Source of the DNA: a virus
DNA: 64,000 bases
Strand: one strand, 5' to 3'
IMG/VR virus record: IMGVR_UViG_3300020048_000036
Span: 32,001 to 96,000 of that record
How positions within the stretch are numbered: the stretch's first letter is position 1; every line of letters begins with the position of its first letter. Below, in pieces: positions 9,701 through 18,895 of this stretch. The notes under the pieces were generated by a model. It saw only the letters and a list, made by a program, of their open reading frames with translations. It was not told where the DNA came from and did not search any database. The position numbers were made by a program, and so were the translations under genes.

Positions 9701-12700
9701 CCTTGGGAAGAAGGTACTTTTTCTTATTGGGAATCCACTATAAACTATCCTAACAACAAATTCCTATATGATAGTTTTTCGCAAATAAAAAACCTTTCCG
9801 CACTTAACTTTGAAGACAATAATAACTTAGTTGAATTTAATGATGCCTTTACTACAAACGGTGTAATAGACCCAATCAAAGCGGACTTCACTTGTCAACC
9901 AATAAGGCATTTTAAGTTCCCTGACGTAAACGTATCAAACATTATTGACCAAAACACCTCTATAGGTCAAGACAATAAAATATTCCCTATAGGTTTTTAC
10001 ATTGATAACGATATTATAAGGAACTGTCTTAACCTTGCGGTAAGCAACTCTCTCATTACAAGTGATTTCAGGAACTCAATAACCCACTATGAGATATTCA
10101 GGGGAGACACAAGGCTTAATAAATCTATTGTAGCTAAGGGTCTGACTTATGATATGTTTAAATATAGGGAAGAGGGGGGTAGTTACAATGAGGAAACTTG
10201 GTTTGCAAACTTCCCATATAATGATTTAAGAGAAAACAAGTTAATTTATCTTGACGAAAGGGAAGAAAACTTTGTAACTCACCCTGACCCAGAAACATTT
10301 TCCAACCACAGGTTTTTGTTCCATTCGCCCGAAACTTCTTATGAAAAACCAGGACTTCCATTTGAAATGTACGTGGAGTCATATATGAAAGGTTTTAGTA
10401 GGGGGGTATTTTCAGAAGTAGAACGACACCCCACAATGGTAGTGCTTACACAAAAAGCTATTACATTAGCTAAAGTTTTGGCAACCGTAGAGATAGTACT
10501 TGATGGTATAACAAAAATTTCGGAACTTATAGCAAACCAAACAGTAGGCTTGTCCACAAACATAGGCGCAATTATTGCAACTAGTTTGTACGGTACTAGT
10601 TATTTCGCATCAAGTTTTACCAAGGGGAGGTTAAAAGTAGAGGAATGGACTACAATATTTTCCAACCTATCCAAACCTACAAACTTTGCTTATTATTATA
10701 CATCAGAAGGCAAGTATAATTCATTCTTTAACAATGTTCGCCAAGAAGGTAATACAACCCGTGGATTATCTGAACGTCAATATCTAAACGAAGGTAGGTA
10801 TAGGTTTGATGAAAGACTTATATCTAATCCTAATCTAATTACACCACCCCCTACCGCAGCCAAACCAACTGTTATTAACCATTATAACAGGGAAAGTGGT
10901 GTGTATCTTTACACAAGGGAAGTATTGGGATTACCTCGTGCTGCTGCAAATGGGGATTCTTCCCGTGTAAAAGCATCTGACTTTGGTTGTTTCAAAGGTA
11001 ACGTAACACCAGAATACGTAACACAAATTAGTTCGCCCTATGTGTCACTCAAACAATACGTACCTAACCAATTTGGTAGTATAAACGATATACAGTGGTT
11101 ATATACTGGATATTGCGGGATACTAGGTAAAGAGAATCCATGTGACGTGGTTTTTGGCGGGGACACTTTTATATCAAGGTTCTCTCTTAAACGAAAATTC
11201 CCTTTCTTTGTAAACAATATGATTGATGGTGCTAATAGTCTGCCCAACCTAGTACCGTTCAATTACAGGAAACAAAGGAACATAGGTTACCCTACTTTTT
11301 ATGTAAGCTACTTATCTACAGAGGAGGATTCAGGTAAGTTCCTTGGGGTGGAGATGAGGGCACCGTTCCAAGCATCCGATTATACTTTTGATTGTTTAGA
11401 TACTACAAATAGCAGGGGCAAACAAGCACTTGCGGTTCAGGAAGGTTCAAAATTCTATCTATGGTACTACGGTATCCCTAGTTTCATTGTAGAGTCCCGT
11501 GTAAACAACAATTTCCGCTATGGAAGGAACAACACAAATAGGGATTTCTACCCTAACAATAGTGACTATGTAAGGTGGACACAAGAAAGGAACGTGTCAA
11601 TCCGTGAAGATAATTATTATCACTACAATAATATATATAGTAGCGAGAACGACCTATACGCATACAGGACTTTACCCAATAACTATGAACCTGATGAATG
11701 GAATTGTAGGTTCAACCATTGGGATAGGACAATCTATTCTTTGCCCGATAATAACGAGCAGGATTTATTGGACAACTTTAGGGTATTCAGGGCCAATGAT
11801 TACTACGATTTCGGTAATAAGTACGGTGATTTTTATGGACTAAAACCTATAGAGCAGCAAAAAGTTGTAGGTAGGTTCGAGAATGGTCTTGTAATATTCA
11901 ATGCTTACTCAACTATACAAGGTAGCACGGAAAACTACACTGTTGGAAGTGGTAACATATTCCAAAACAGGCCAAGTGATTTCTACCAAACAGAACTAGG
12001 TTACTGTGGAACCCAACATATGGCTTGGGTTTCATGTGAACATGGTCACTTTACTTTGGATGCCAAACGTGGTAAAATATTCAACATCAAGCCTGGGGGT
12101 GCGGGTATACAGGAAATTTCCTCAATCGGCATGAAAAACTGGTTCAGGGAAAACCTACCTTTCCGCATAAAGAAACAGTTCCCAGATATACCTAATGACA
12201 TGCTAGATAATACCTTTGATGGGTTAGGAATAAGTATGGTGTGGGATGATAGGTACGGTAGATTGTTTGTAACTAAAAAGGACTACAAGGTTAAGGAGCA
12301 ATATATTGGAAAAGTATTTATACAAGAACTTGATTTCTACCTTAACACTACAAGCCCTTTCCAAAAAATCCACGTAACGGACAAAGAGTATTTTGAGGAT
12401 TGTTCTTGGACAGTAGCATATACACCTACTGGTAACCCACAGACATCAACTTGGATTTCCTTCTATTCATTCTTACCTGATTATTATGTGGCGCACCAAA
12501 ACTATTTCTCATCAGGTATCAACTATGGTGAGGGTCAGGGATTTTGGAACCACTTGCTTGGTAATAACCAAACCTTCCAAGTATTTTATGGAAAACTGTA
12601 TCCTTGGATAATAGAACTTCCCGTAAAGAGTAACCTTCAAACAAAAATGTACGAAGATTTTTCATATAGGCTTGATGTAAGAAGATACAAAAACGAATAT

Positions 12701-13117
12701 GACTATGGGTATTATGAGGGTAACTTTAACGAAGCCGTGTTCTACAATGACAGGGAATCAACGGGCTTGCTTAAATTTACTACCCAAGACCCAAATAACC
12801 AACGTCAACGTATAGATTTTCCGAAGTACACCCCAAATAGCGGTGTAGAAGTAATCGCTACCAAGGAGGATTATGTTTGGTCTGTAAATTACTTCTTTGA
12901 CAACGTAAGGGAAAACCACACACAACCATTGTGGTTCAACGCTTTAAATAATGTGGAGAAAACCCTTAACCCAATAGCGTTTGATTACAGATATACTTTT
13001 AAGAACCATATAAGGGGACAATACCTGAAAGCTAGGCTTATCCAAAACAAGGAATCTAGGTTGAAGTTTATCTTTGAACATAACGTGGTAGGTAGCATAG
13101 ATTATGATGCGTACTAA
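6746..13117 (+). CDS. Tail stabilisation/muzzle-like protein (P22 gp10-like, crAss-type)
   Basis: 2123 aa with N-terminal NLQNEESN, an internal FGGDTFISRF motif and C-terminal beta-propeller-like motifs (FTLDAKRGKIF, MKNWFRENLP, WISFYSFLPDYY). Confidence 0.7.
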   Translation: MKKERSVGGGKLGMMKDAHITSLQETMYVHALNSNTQGQDGDSLNLQNEESNVLCHNFPAGFKVVGPPLKDITADRTYFFLTDPLTRRSEIGYISELENPISFTDTIENTCGCGVETVLAEGLENIQQTETCTYVSIIRDYVCEFGVPNLCLNFDINYPISSSLKDEKCGKVIYFADDLNNDRRLELDNINQYYRTTIFCSDDPEAVDYVENCDCGMIEEDICINCDKMSIRPKNLPLKIEVEGLVNGGQVRHGQYAFFAGYSDSQGNMITEYLTTTSKTSVKDPNKNTYEQPELDAITNFSIKLSLDGLDPSFEYYKVGILQRSSVDGANGYFELGVFPTSTKQVLFSGEQNLERITINELVQQFPEYLRSKTLVQANNMLFRSNLEARPDPNLQPVVNFMGHFAKWRTVIADEEIYETARGTANYVGYMRDEVVPFGIRFITNTGYKTPLYPLIPRAPKDSDELFTGEINLEAQIDTINDYLAIDPPTTLSPSDGWLFDVRSIIDSGNGVCTTEERNKKWQFYNTATNDSTIFQTCGEDRETEIKELTRNCTNSSFIEIDLSTPIVLDNFNEDDTFTTFIQYLRDNEGNYPDDLSDLQDALDAADTDGTSTYLGCCDPTDLFDENTCGDPIVQERGDVSLTKLSPVVSTDRLVFNTEYHPCNSGLYTRLKTTTTCDEVYTFRFTEEGTAVGKNINLFDGVSAFIYDPWLQGTVGCGPPFYFERNPNYLNNNSPTSALAITPIPYDNVTGSFYIIPQFPPLATATSDTTLITNIDSEVPAGVVVLQNKEGICTDPDYSFLSKCPPSVTGYFNQKVHKNAIWYKVNNIDTDFIMINISKITNPNELFYDCLTYSNHLRLSVFDSTFSLINDTSGNKLAKLVPIKEFGTVLPSDGVYCVDTRGLETIYFAVDSPIIQGGIDPLNKYLSGTQNCISFGVHEPLINRVVVELENPAMNGIFNLEITRSCIYSAACEVPVSDKLKCNPYPWEEGTFSYWESTINYPNNKFLYDSFSQIKNLSALNFEDNNNLVEFNDAFTTNGVIDPIKADFTCQPIRHFKFPDVNVSNIIDQNTSIGQDNKIFPIGFYIDNDIIRNCLNLAVSNSLITSDFRNSITHYEIFRGDTRLNKSIVAKGLTYDMFKYREEGGSYNEETWFANFPYNDLRENKLIYLDEREENFVTHPDPETFSNHRFLFHSPETSYEKPGLPFEMYVESYMKGFSRGVFSEVERHPTMVVLTQKAITLAKVLATVEIVLDGITKISELIANQTVGLSTNIGAIIATSLYGTSYFASSFTKGRLKVEEWTTIFSNLSKPTNFAYYYTSEGKYNSFFNNVRQEGNTTRGLSERQYLNEGRYRFDERLISNPNLITPPPTAAKPTVINHYNRESGVYLYTREVLGLPRAAANGDSSRVKASDFGCFKGNVTPEYVTQISSPYVSLKQYVPNQFGSINDIQWLYTGYCGILGKENPCDVVFGGDTFISRFSLKRKFPFFVNNMIDGANSLPNLVPFNYRKQRNIGYPTFYVSYLSTEEDSGKFLGVEMRAPFQASDYTFDCLDTTNSRGKQALAVQEGSKFYLWYYGIPSFIVESRVNNNFRYGRNNTNRDFYPNNSDYVRWTQERNVSIREDNYYHYNNIYSSENDLYAYRTLPNNYEPDEWNCRFNHWDRTIYSLPDNNEQDLLDNFRVFRANDYYDFGNKYGDFYGLKPIEQQKVVGRFENGLVIFNAYSTIQGSTENYTVGSGNIFQNRPSDFYQTELGYCGTQHMAWVSCEHGHFTLDAKRGKIFNIKPGGAGIQEISSIGMKNWFRENLPFRIKKQFPDIPNDMLDNTFDGLGISMVWDDRYGRLFVTKKDYKVKEQYIGKVFIQELDFYLNTTSPFQKIHVTDKEYFEDCSWTVAYTPTGNPQTSTWISFYSFLPDYYVAHQNYFSSGINYGEGQGFWNHLLGNNQTFQVFYGKLYPWIIELPVKSNLQTKMYEDFSYRLDVRRYKNEYDYGYYEGNFNEAVFYNDRESTGLLKFTTQDPNNQRQRIDFPKYTPNSGVEVIATKEDYVWSVNYFFDNVRENHTQPLWFNALNNVEKTLNPIAFDYRYTFKNHIRGQYLKARLIQNKESRLKFIFEHNVVGSIDYDAY

Positions 13118-13128
13118 AATATCACGTA

Positions 13129-13171
13129 TTTGTTAGGTTTTTGGTTATTCCGAATACTTTACCTATCTTTA
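13129..13171 (+). promoter_or_regulatory. Promoter of the ejection-protein operon
   Basis: TTTGTTAGGTTTTTGG box, TTTG 13140-13143, 20-nt spacer, TATCTTTA 13164-13171. Confidence 0.75.
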
Positions 13172-13187
13172 CAAACTGAATCACAAA

Positions 13188-14267
13188 ATGGAAAACAACT
13201 ATAATAAATACCAAATGGGGGATTACTTGAACCAGTTCAACAACTTTCAGTATCCCCAATTCAACCCACAATACCGTCCTAATCCAGCCTTTCAAACGGG
13301 GCTGGCTTTTGGCGTTAATGCACCTTTGGGCGCAAAAGTAGGAACAACATTTGACCTACTTACCCAATCCTTGTTTAATCTCAACAACAAACTACAACCT
13401 TTTTTTCCGCAAAACAACTCTAATCAAAATATACAACAAGCAACAGCTACAAGTGGTACAACCCAACAACCCCAAACAAGGGAAAACCCACGTAGGGGAG
13501 GAGCCACAGCAATGTACAAAAATGGGGGTAAGAAAGCAAAAGGTTTTCCTAAAAGGGGACAATTTAACCAAATCGTCCCACAAGACCCAACACAACTCTA
13601 TCCTAACCAATTTGATTTAACCCCTAACCCTTATTGGCAGCAAGAACAACAACCACTACCTAACCAACCCCAATCTGATTTTGTGGATTTGACGATGGTA
13701 GATTATACAACTCCATCATCTGTAAGGGAAGAGCAAACTAGGGCTACTCCACAGGATAATAGGATGGGTGCTGCTAATATCGTAGGGGCTTCCGCAGCAG
13801 GGTTATCATTTGGGATGGACTTAGCCAAGAATATTGCGGGGGGAATAGGTGTAGGTAGACGTTCACAGTATGCTTGGGAACGGGCACAAGAACGTATGCG
13901 TGATGCTACTATCCAACAAGGTTATGAAAAAGATAGGATGGACTTGTTTAATCAAGGCTATTTACAGACTACCAATTATATGGCACAGGATGGTGGGCAA
14001 ATACCAGTATCATTAGATGGGTTAAACCAATTTCCAAAACAACCTGTTATTGTTCCAAGTAACAATATAACTATGCAAGGTATCCCATATGATGTAATGG
14101 CATACCCAAATAATGATGCGCCACAGCTAATGAAACCTGACCAACAATACAGTTTTCCAAATTCAACCCAAGTACTTGAAAAACCCGTAATGAAGAACGG
14201 TGGTTTGGTAAAACTAGAGGAAGGTGTTTACTTTGACCCAACAACCCAAGAATTTATCTTACAATGA
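13188..14267 (+). CDS. Putative internal virion (ejection/cargo) protein, Q/N/P-rich
   Basis: 359 aa, low complexity, with repeated M-x(1-2)-[ND]GG motifs. Confidence 0.55.
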   Translation: MENNYNKYQMGDYLNQFNNFQYPQFNPQYRPNPAFQTGLAFGVNAPLGAKVGTTFDLLTQSLFNLNNKLQPFFPQNNSNQNIQQATATSGTTQQPQTRENPRRGGATAMYKNGGKKAKGFPKRGQFNQIVPQDPTQLYPNQFDLTPNPYWQQEQQPLPNQPQSDFVDLTMVDYTTPSSVREEQTRATPQDNRMGAANIVGASAAGLSFGMDLAKNIAGGIGVGRRSQYAWERAQERMRDATIQQGYEKDRMDLFNQGYLQTTNYMAQDGGQIPVSLDGLNQFPKQPVIVPSNNITMQGIPYDVMAYPNNDAPQLMKPDQQYSFPNSTQVLEKPVMKNGGLVKLEEGVYFDPTTQEFILQ

Positions 14268-16234
14268 GAAAATGCTCCGCAAATAGTCCAGAAGGTAAAA
14301 AACTAATGGACAAATATAAAAACATGATAATGCAGAACGGTGGTATTGCCCCCGAAGAAGTATTGTCTGGAAGCGTAGTTACAGGTGTAGGCCCCACCCA
14401 ACCTTCAAACGTGGAAGTGGAAGGAGAGGAGTTTATTCAAACCCCCGAAGGAAACGTAACAAAAGTTAAAGGTAAACCACATACGGAAGGTGGCGAGAAA
14501 CTTAATTTGCCCGAAGGTAGTAAGATACTTTCAGACAACATTAAGATTGGTAAGGATATGAAAAAAATGCTTGAGGAAGAGTATAATGTTAACCTCACGA
14601 CAACTACAACTTTTGCAGAAGCCCATGATAAAATCAAAAAGAAACTAGGTGTAACAGATGTAGAGGAAGAGCAAGAAAATTATTTAAACCTTCTCGCCAA
14701 AAACAAAGAAATAGAGGACGAAGGAACACAAACGGTAAACGAACAATTCCTCGCCAAAAAGATAAGGGAATCAGAACAAAAACTACAACTAAAAAAATCA
14801 CAGGAATCAGCAATATACAACACCTTATTTGAAGCACAAGAAAAACGCAAAAAATCAAAAGAGGATGTACAGGTAGAGGAAACCTATATTGACGAGGAAG
14901 AAGTACCAATGGCACAAGATGGGGGTTTTATAATTGCCCAAAACGGAACACAGACCCGTAGGCAAAAGATGGATGCTAATAAACCTGCTGGTACTACTAA
15001 TCAAACAGATTTATCTAATTTATTTACTCTTCCCGCAGGTAAACTAATAGACCAACTTACCCCCAAAGAAAGGGAAAAACTAAACCAAGATATAGCTGCT
15101 TGGATAACTTCTTTTAAGGAAACCCAAGGGGATAATTGGGTAAACGCACTTAACAACATTAGTTTTGTAAGTGGTAGCTCTAAAATACCAATTAGTCCTG
15201 CTACTAGGAAAGAACTAGGGATACCATTAAATTTAGATGAGGAAAAGGCTAATAAGATGTTAGCTGACTTACGTTTACAAGATATAAAAAACGAATTTAA
15301 CAATGCACTTGTTGTAGCGGGTATCCCCGCAGATGACATAGCAAAAATAACTTTTGCACCTGATAAAGTAACAGCGTATGAGGGATACCCTTGGGACCCT
15401 AAGAGGGGTAAAGAAGATTACCGAAAATGGCAAAATCTAGGTATTGAATTAAATACTTCCGCAACACCTACAACCCCTGAACCAAGAGAAGCAGCAACTC
15501 AAACAGAATTAGACCAACAACTACAACAAACCCCTTATCAAAAACCACCAGAGGACGTACTTGGTAGACCCTTCCCAATAGCAACACCATACAGAGGGTT
15601 ACCAAACCCCCTTATGACTACCCAACTGAACATGCCTGATGCGGAAATGGTTACGCCTATCAAGGTATCACCAGAGGAAGCAATAAGGGAAAACAACAGG
15701 GGCTTTGTTGCTGCAAGGGATGTTCTAAGTACTATGCCTGGCGCAAGTGTTGGCGCAAATATAGCAAACCTACTTGGACAAACACAAAACGTAAACAACC
15801 AAGCGGTAGCGGAAGCAAACAGACAGAACGCACAATACGCAATGCAAGCCCAAAACCAAAACCAACAGGTGGGAGCTAACCTAAGCCAAGCAAGGACACA
15901 AGCAATGGACATTTTCGGCAAGGAAAACCTGATGGCACTAGACAATACCCTAAACGATATTAGGAACTGGCAAAGCGTAATATCTACAGACCAAATAAAC
16001 GCACAACGTGAAGGTAGGCAAATGAACATGTTGGATGCACTTTCACCTGAATATAGCTTTGATATGTTCGGTAATGTGGTATTTACAGATACAAACCGTC
16101 AATGGTACCTACCTGAAAATTCTGTACAAGCACAATTGTATAATGGTACAACACAGCAACAACCTACACAAGAACAGATGTACCAACAGATGTACCAACA
16201 ATGGTTAAAATCAAACCAACAACCACAAGCATAA
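14264..16234 (+). CDS. Putative internal virion (ejection/cargo) protein
   Basis: 656 aa with VEVEGEE...KGKPHTEGG and MQNGG/MAQDGG motifs typical of crAss-like cargo proteins; Q-rich C-terminus. Confidence 0.6.
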   Translation: MRKCSANSPEGKKLMDKYKNMIMQNGGIAPEEVLSGSVVTGVGPTQPSNVEVEGEEFIQTPEGNVTKVKGKPHTEGGEKLNLPEGSKILSDNIKIGKDMKKMLEEEYNVNLTTTTTFAEAHDKIKKKLGVTDVEEEQENYLNLLAKNKEIEDEGTQTVNEQFLAKKIRESEQKLQLKKSQESAIYNTLFEAQEKRKKSKEDVQVEETYIDEEEVPMAQDGGFIIAQNGTQTRRQKMDANKPAGTTNQTDLSNLFTLPAGKLIDQLTPKEREKLNQDIAAWITSFKETQGDNWVNALNNISFVSGSSKIPISPATRKELGIPLNLDEEKANKMLADLRLQDIKNEFNNALVVAGIPADDIAKITFAPDKVTAYEGYPWDPKRGKEDYRKWQNLGIELNTSATPTTPEPREAATQTELDQQLQQTPYQKPPEDVLGRPFPIATPYRGLPNPLMTTQLNMPDAEMVTPIKVSPEEAIRENNRGFVAARDVLSTMPGASVGANIANLLGQTQNVNNQAVAEANRQNAQYAMQAQNQNQQVGANLSQARTQAMDIFGKENLMALDNTLNDIRNWQSVISTDQINAQREGRQMNMLDALSPEYSFDMFGNVVFTDTNRQWYLPENSVQAQLYNGTTQQQPTQEQMYQQMYQQWLKSNQQPQA

Positions 16235-16237
16235 TAA

Positions 16238-18886
16238 ATGGCAACAGCATTTTCGCAACCAACACAGTTTACACCATACGTTGAGAATTGGGATAAAGAC
16301 CTAGTTCAAAAAGCCTTGATGTACAAACAAGGCAAGTACGACCTCAACCGCCAAAAAATACAGAGCACAATCAACAGTGCTATATCATTGGATTTGGCTA
16401 AGGACGAGGATGCGGATTATCTTTATGGTAAATTGAAAGAAACACTTGACGTAGTAAACCAATATGGTTCAGGTGATTTGTCATTGGATTCCCGCACAGA
16501 CTATCTTCAAGGACACATATCATCAGTTGCGGATGATAACGTAATGAACGGTTACCTTGGAACACTTAAACTACGTAACATACAAAAAGAAGCAGCAGCC
16601 GCAAAGAAAGACGGGTTGTATAGTGATTTGAATTTTGCTTACTCTATGCAGGATGCCCAAAAATGGCTGACGGATGGTACTGTAGGTTCAGAATATAGTG
16701 GTAATAGTTCTTATGTTCCTTACTCTGATAACAACAAGAAATTCTTGGACATTATTAAGGAACTTAAACCAAATGTAACAGCAGTAAGGAGACCTAACGG
16801 ACAATATGAATACTACTCCGAAAATGAGGTAATTGAACCCGCAACCATAAAAGGGGCGATTGAATTGTTACTTGATTCAGACCCAATGGCAGCAAGACAG
16901 ATGCAAGTCAATGCTTGGGGCCAGTTTCAGGGTATGGATGATAATACTTTTTTCGCAAATGTTGGAACAACCGTAAACTCATTAAGAAACGGTGTACAAG
17001 AAGACATCAAAAAACTAGAACAGCAAAAGGATAAAATTGGGAATAACACAAACCCAAAAGCAATAGAACTACAAAAGTTAATTGACTATCAAAATGAGCA
17101 ATTAAAATATGTAGAAAAATTATCAACAGATAGAACTGCACTTGAAAACTTTATCTACAAAAAAAGCACCCTTAACGGATATGCTGATGTATTTGCCGTT
17201 TCCCGCACCAAATCCGAGATAACAACAAATGACGGTTATTGGAAACAACTTGATTACGACCTAGCCAATAAGAAACTTCTAATGGAAAAAGGGTCAAAAA
17301 TGTTTGATGTTTACAAAGAAATAAATGCTTTAAAAAGCGACAAGAAATATGCCGAAGCGGAAGGTTTGTGGAACATTGCATTGGATAATGGTATTTTACC
17401 CACAAAAAGGATTGTTAATGGTCAAGAAATAGATAATACTTACACAAATGATATAGTAAATTACGCATCTAACAAATTAGTAGCAACAGGACAAGTTATT
17501 AATGAGGATGTGGCTATAGATAAGTTACAAGACCTTAACCAAAAGAATACCGAACAATACAGTGATTTAAGTAACAAGGTAAGAAACCTCCTACAGCATA
17601 GGTCAGATATTGATATTAACACCTATATTAAAGGTAACAATACTACACCAACTCCTTTAATACCTACTGGTGGAAGTCCAGTTTTAGGGGCTTCTGAAAA
17701 TATTTTAGACCTTGATGCCAGTATTGCTTTTCTTCAAAGTAAAAATACTTATGGTGAATATACTGATGTTATAAGGGAGTATAAAAAGTTGCAAGGGAAT
17801 ATTACTAAGGTCACAGAGGCGGAAACAAGTATAAAAAATCTAGCTACCCCTAAAGTAAGTACTTGGTTAAATAATCCTACCCAAGGAAGTACTTTTAAAA
17901 TAGGTGATGAGGGAGTAATTTATGATAATGGGCAGTACTATAGAACTAAGAAAGAATTAGTGTTCGGTATGGGGCCATCGGGAACGGGTTCTGCTAGTGG
18001 GGGTACAAATTATCAATATATTAAGCAAGAAATGTTAACTCCTTCCCAAGTAATGAATTTTGTACAAAATAAAACAGCAGAAGGCCAAAATGATATTTAT
18101 TTTAATGACATTAATGTAATACCTGTAGAAAATATTAAAAAAACAGCGGAAGGGTTTTTAACTAGCAATATGACTGGTGTTATAGCAAACACACAAACCT
18201 ACAATGTAAATACCCAAGACCCTAATTCAATGATTATGTTTGGAGAAGCTATGGGTATAATAAATGCAAAGGGGTACAAGTCTAATAAAGAGGGGGACAT
18301 GTATCTATTTAATCAAGACCTTGATAAATTAAAAGAGAATTATCTCAATCCTAGTGCAACAGTTGATAAACCTATGTTGGACAAACCTATAAACATGGTA
18401 TTTGACCAAGAAAATGACCAAGTATTAATTACTGTAGGTTCAGGGGAAGAAATAGAAACAGTTGCAATTCCAAGAAATGAGTTATCATCTGCCCCTACGT
18501 TGTTAAATCAATATAATAGACTTGTTAACGAGTTTGAAACACAAGGTTTATTGGAGGCTGAAAAAATAAAAATAAATACCAATATAAACAAAGCAGGGGG
18601 GAAAACAACTGAACTTATAGATAATGTATTATTACCCATAGGGGATTTTCAAATACCTATTTCCGTTAACATTGTAGGTACTAAAAATAATGAGGTATAT
18701 AGTTACTCCCCTTCATACACTTTTGATTTAGATGGTAAAACTATTGTTCTTTCGCAAGAAGACCTTGCCCCATTTTATAATACCCCGCTGGTCTCCTCTA
18801 ATTTTGATAACATTTATACAACCACTACAAGTATAAGTAGTGATGTAATAATAGCTGCATACAAACGTAAGTACGGGATAAAGTAA
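16238..18886 (+). CDS. Putative ejection protein
   Basis: 882 aa. N-terminal FTPYVE...ALMYKQGKYDLN helical motif resembles crAss-like injected proteins. Confidence 0.6.
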   Translation: MATAFSQPTQFTPYVENWDKDLVQKALMYKQGKYDLNRQKIQSTINSAISLDLAKDEDADYLYGKLKETLDVVNQYGSGDLSLDSRTDYLQGHISSVADDNVMNGYLGTLKLRNIQKEAAAAKKDGLYSDLNFAYSMQDAQKWLTDGTVGSEYSGNSSYVPYSDNNKKFLDIIKELKPNVTAVRRPNGQYEYYSENEVIEPATIKGAIELLLDSDPMAARQMQVNAWGQFQGMDDNTFFANVGTTVNSLRNGVQEDIKKLEQQKDKIGNNTNPKAIELQKLIDYQNEQLKYVEKLSTDRTALENFIYKKSTLNGYADVFAVSRTKSEITTNDGYWKQLDYDLANKKLLMEKGSKMFDVYKEINALKSDKKYAEAEGLWNIALDNGILPTKRIVNGQEIDNTYTNDIVNYASNKLVATGQVINEDVAIDKLQDLNQKNTEQYSDLSNKVRNLLQHRSDIDINTYIKGNNTTPTPLIPTGGSPVLGASENILDLDASIAFLQSKNTYGEYTDVIREYKKLQGNITKVTEAETSIKNLATPKVSTWLNNPTQGSTFKIGDEGVIYDNGQYYRTKKELVFGMGPSGTGSASGGTNYQYIKQEMLTPSQVMNFVQNKTAEGQNDIYFNDINVIPVENIKKTAEGFLTSNMTGVIANTQTYNVNTQDPNSMIMFGEAMGIINAKGYKSNKEGDMYLFNQDLDKLKENYLNPSATVDKPMLDKPINMVFDQENDQVLITVGSGEEIETVAIPRNELSSAPTLLNQYNRLVNEFETQGLLEAEKIKINTNINKAGGKTTELIDNVLLPIGDFQIPISVNIVGTKNNEVYSYSPSYTFDLDGKTIVLSQEDLAPFYNTPLVSSNFDNIYTTTTSISSDVIIAAYKRKYGIK

Positions 18887-18895
18887 AAACCAACC

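Noticed and set aside
16150-16215. Short tandem repeat (cagatgtaccaa) at the end of the 656-aa gene
   Set aside because: A simple Gln/Met-rich coding repeat with no independent significance.
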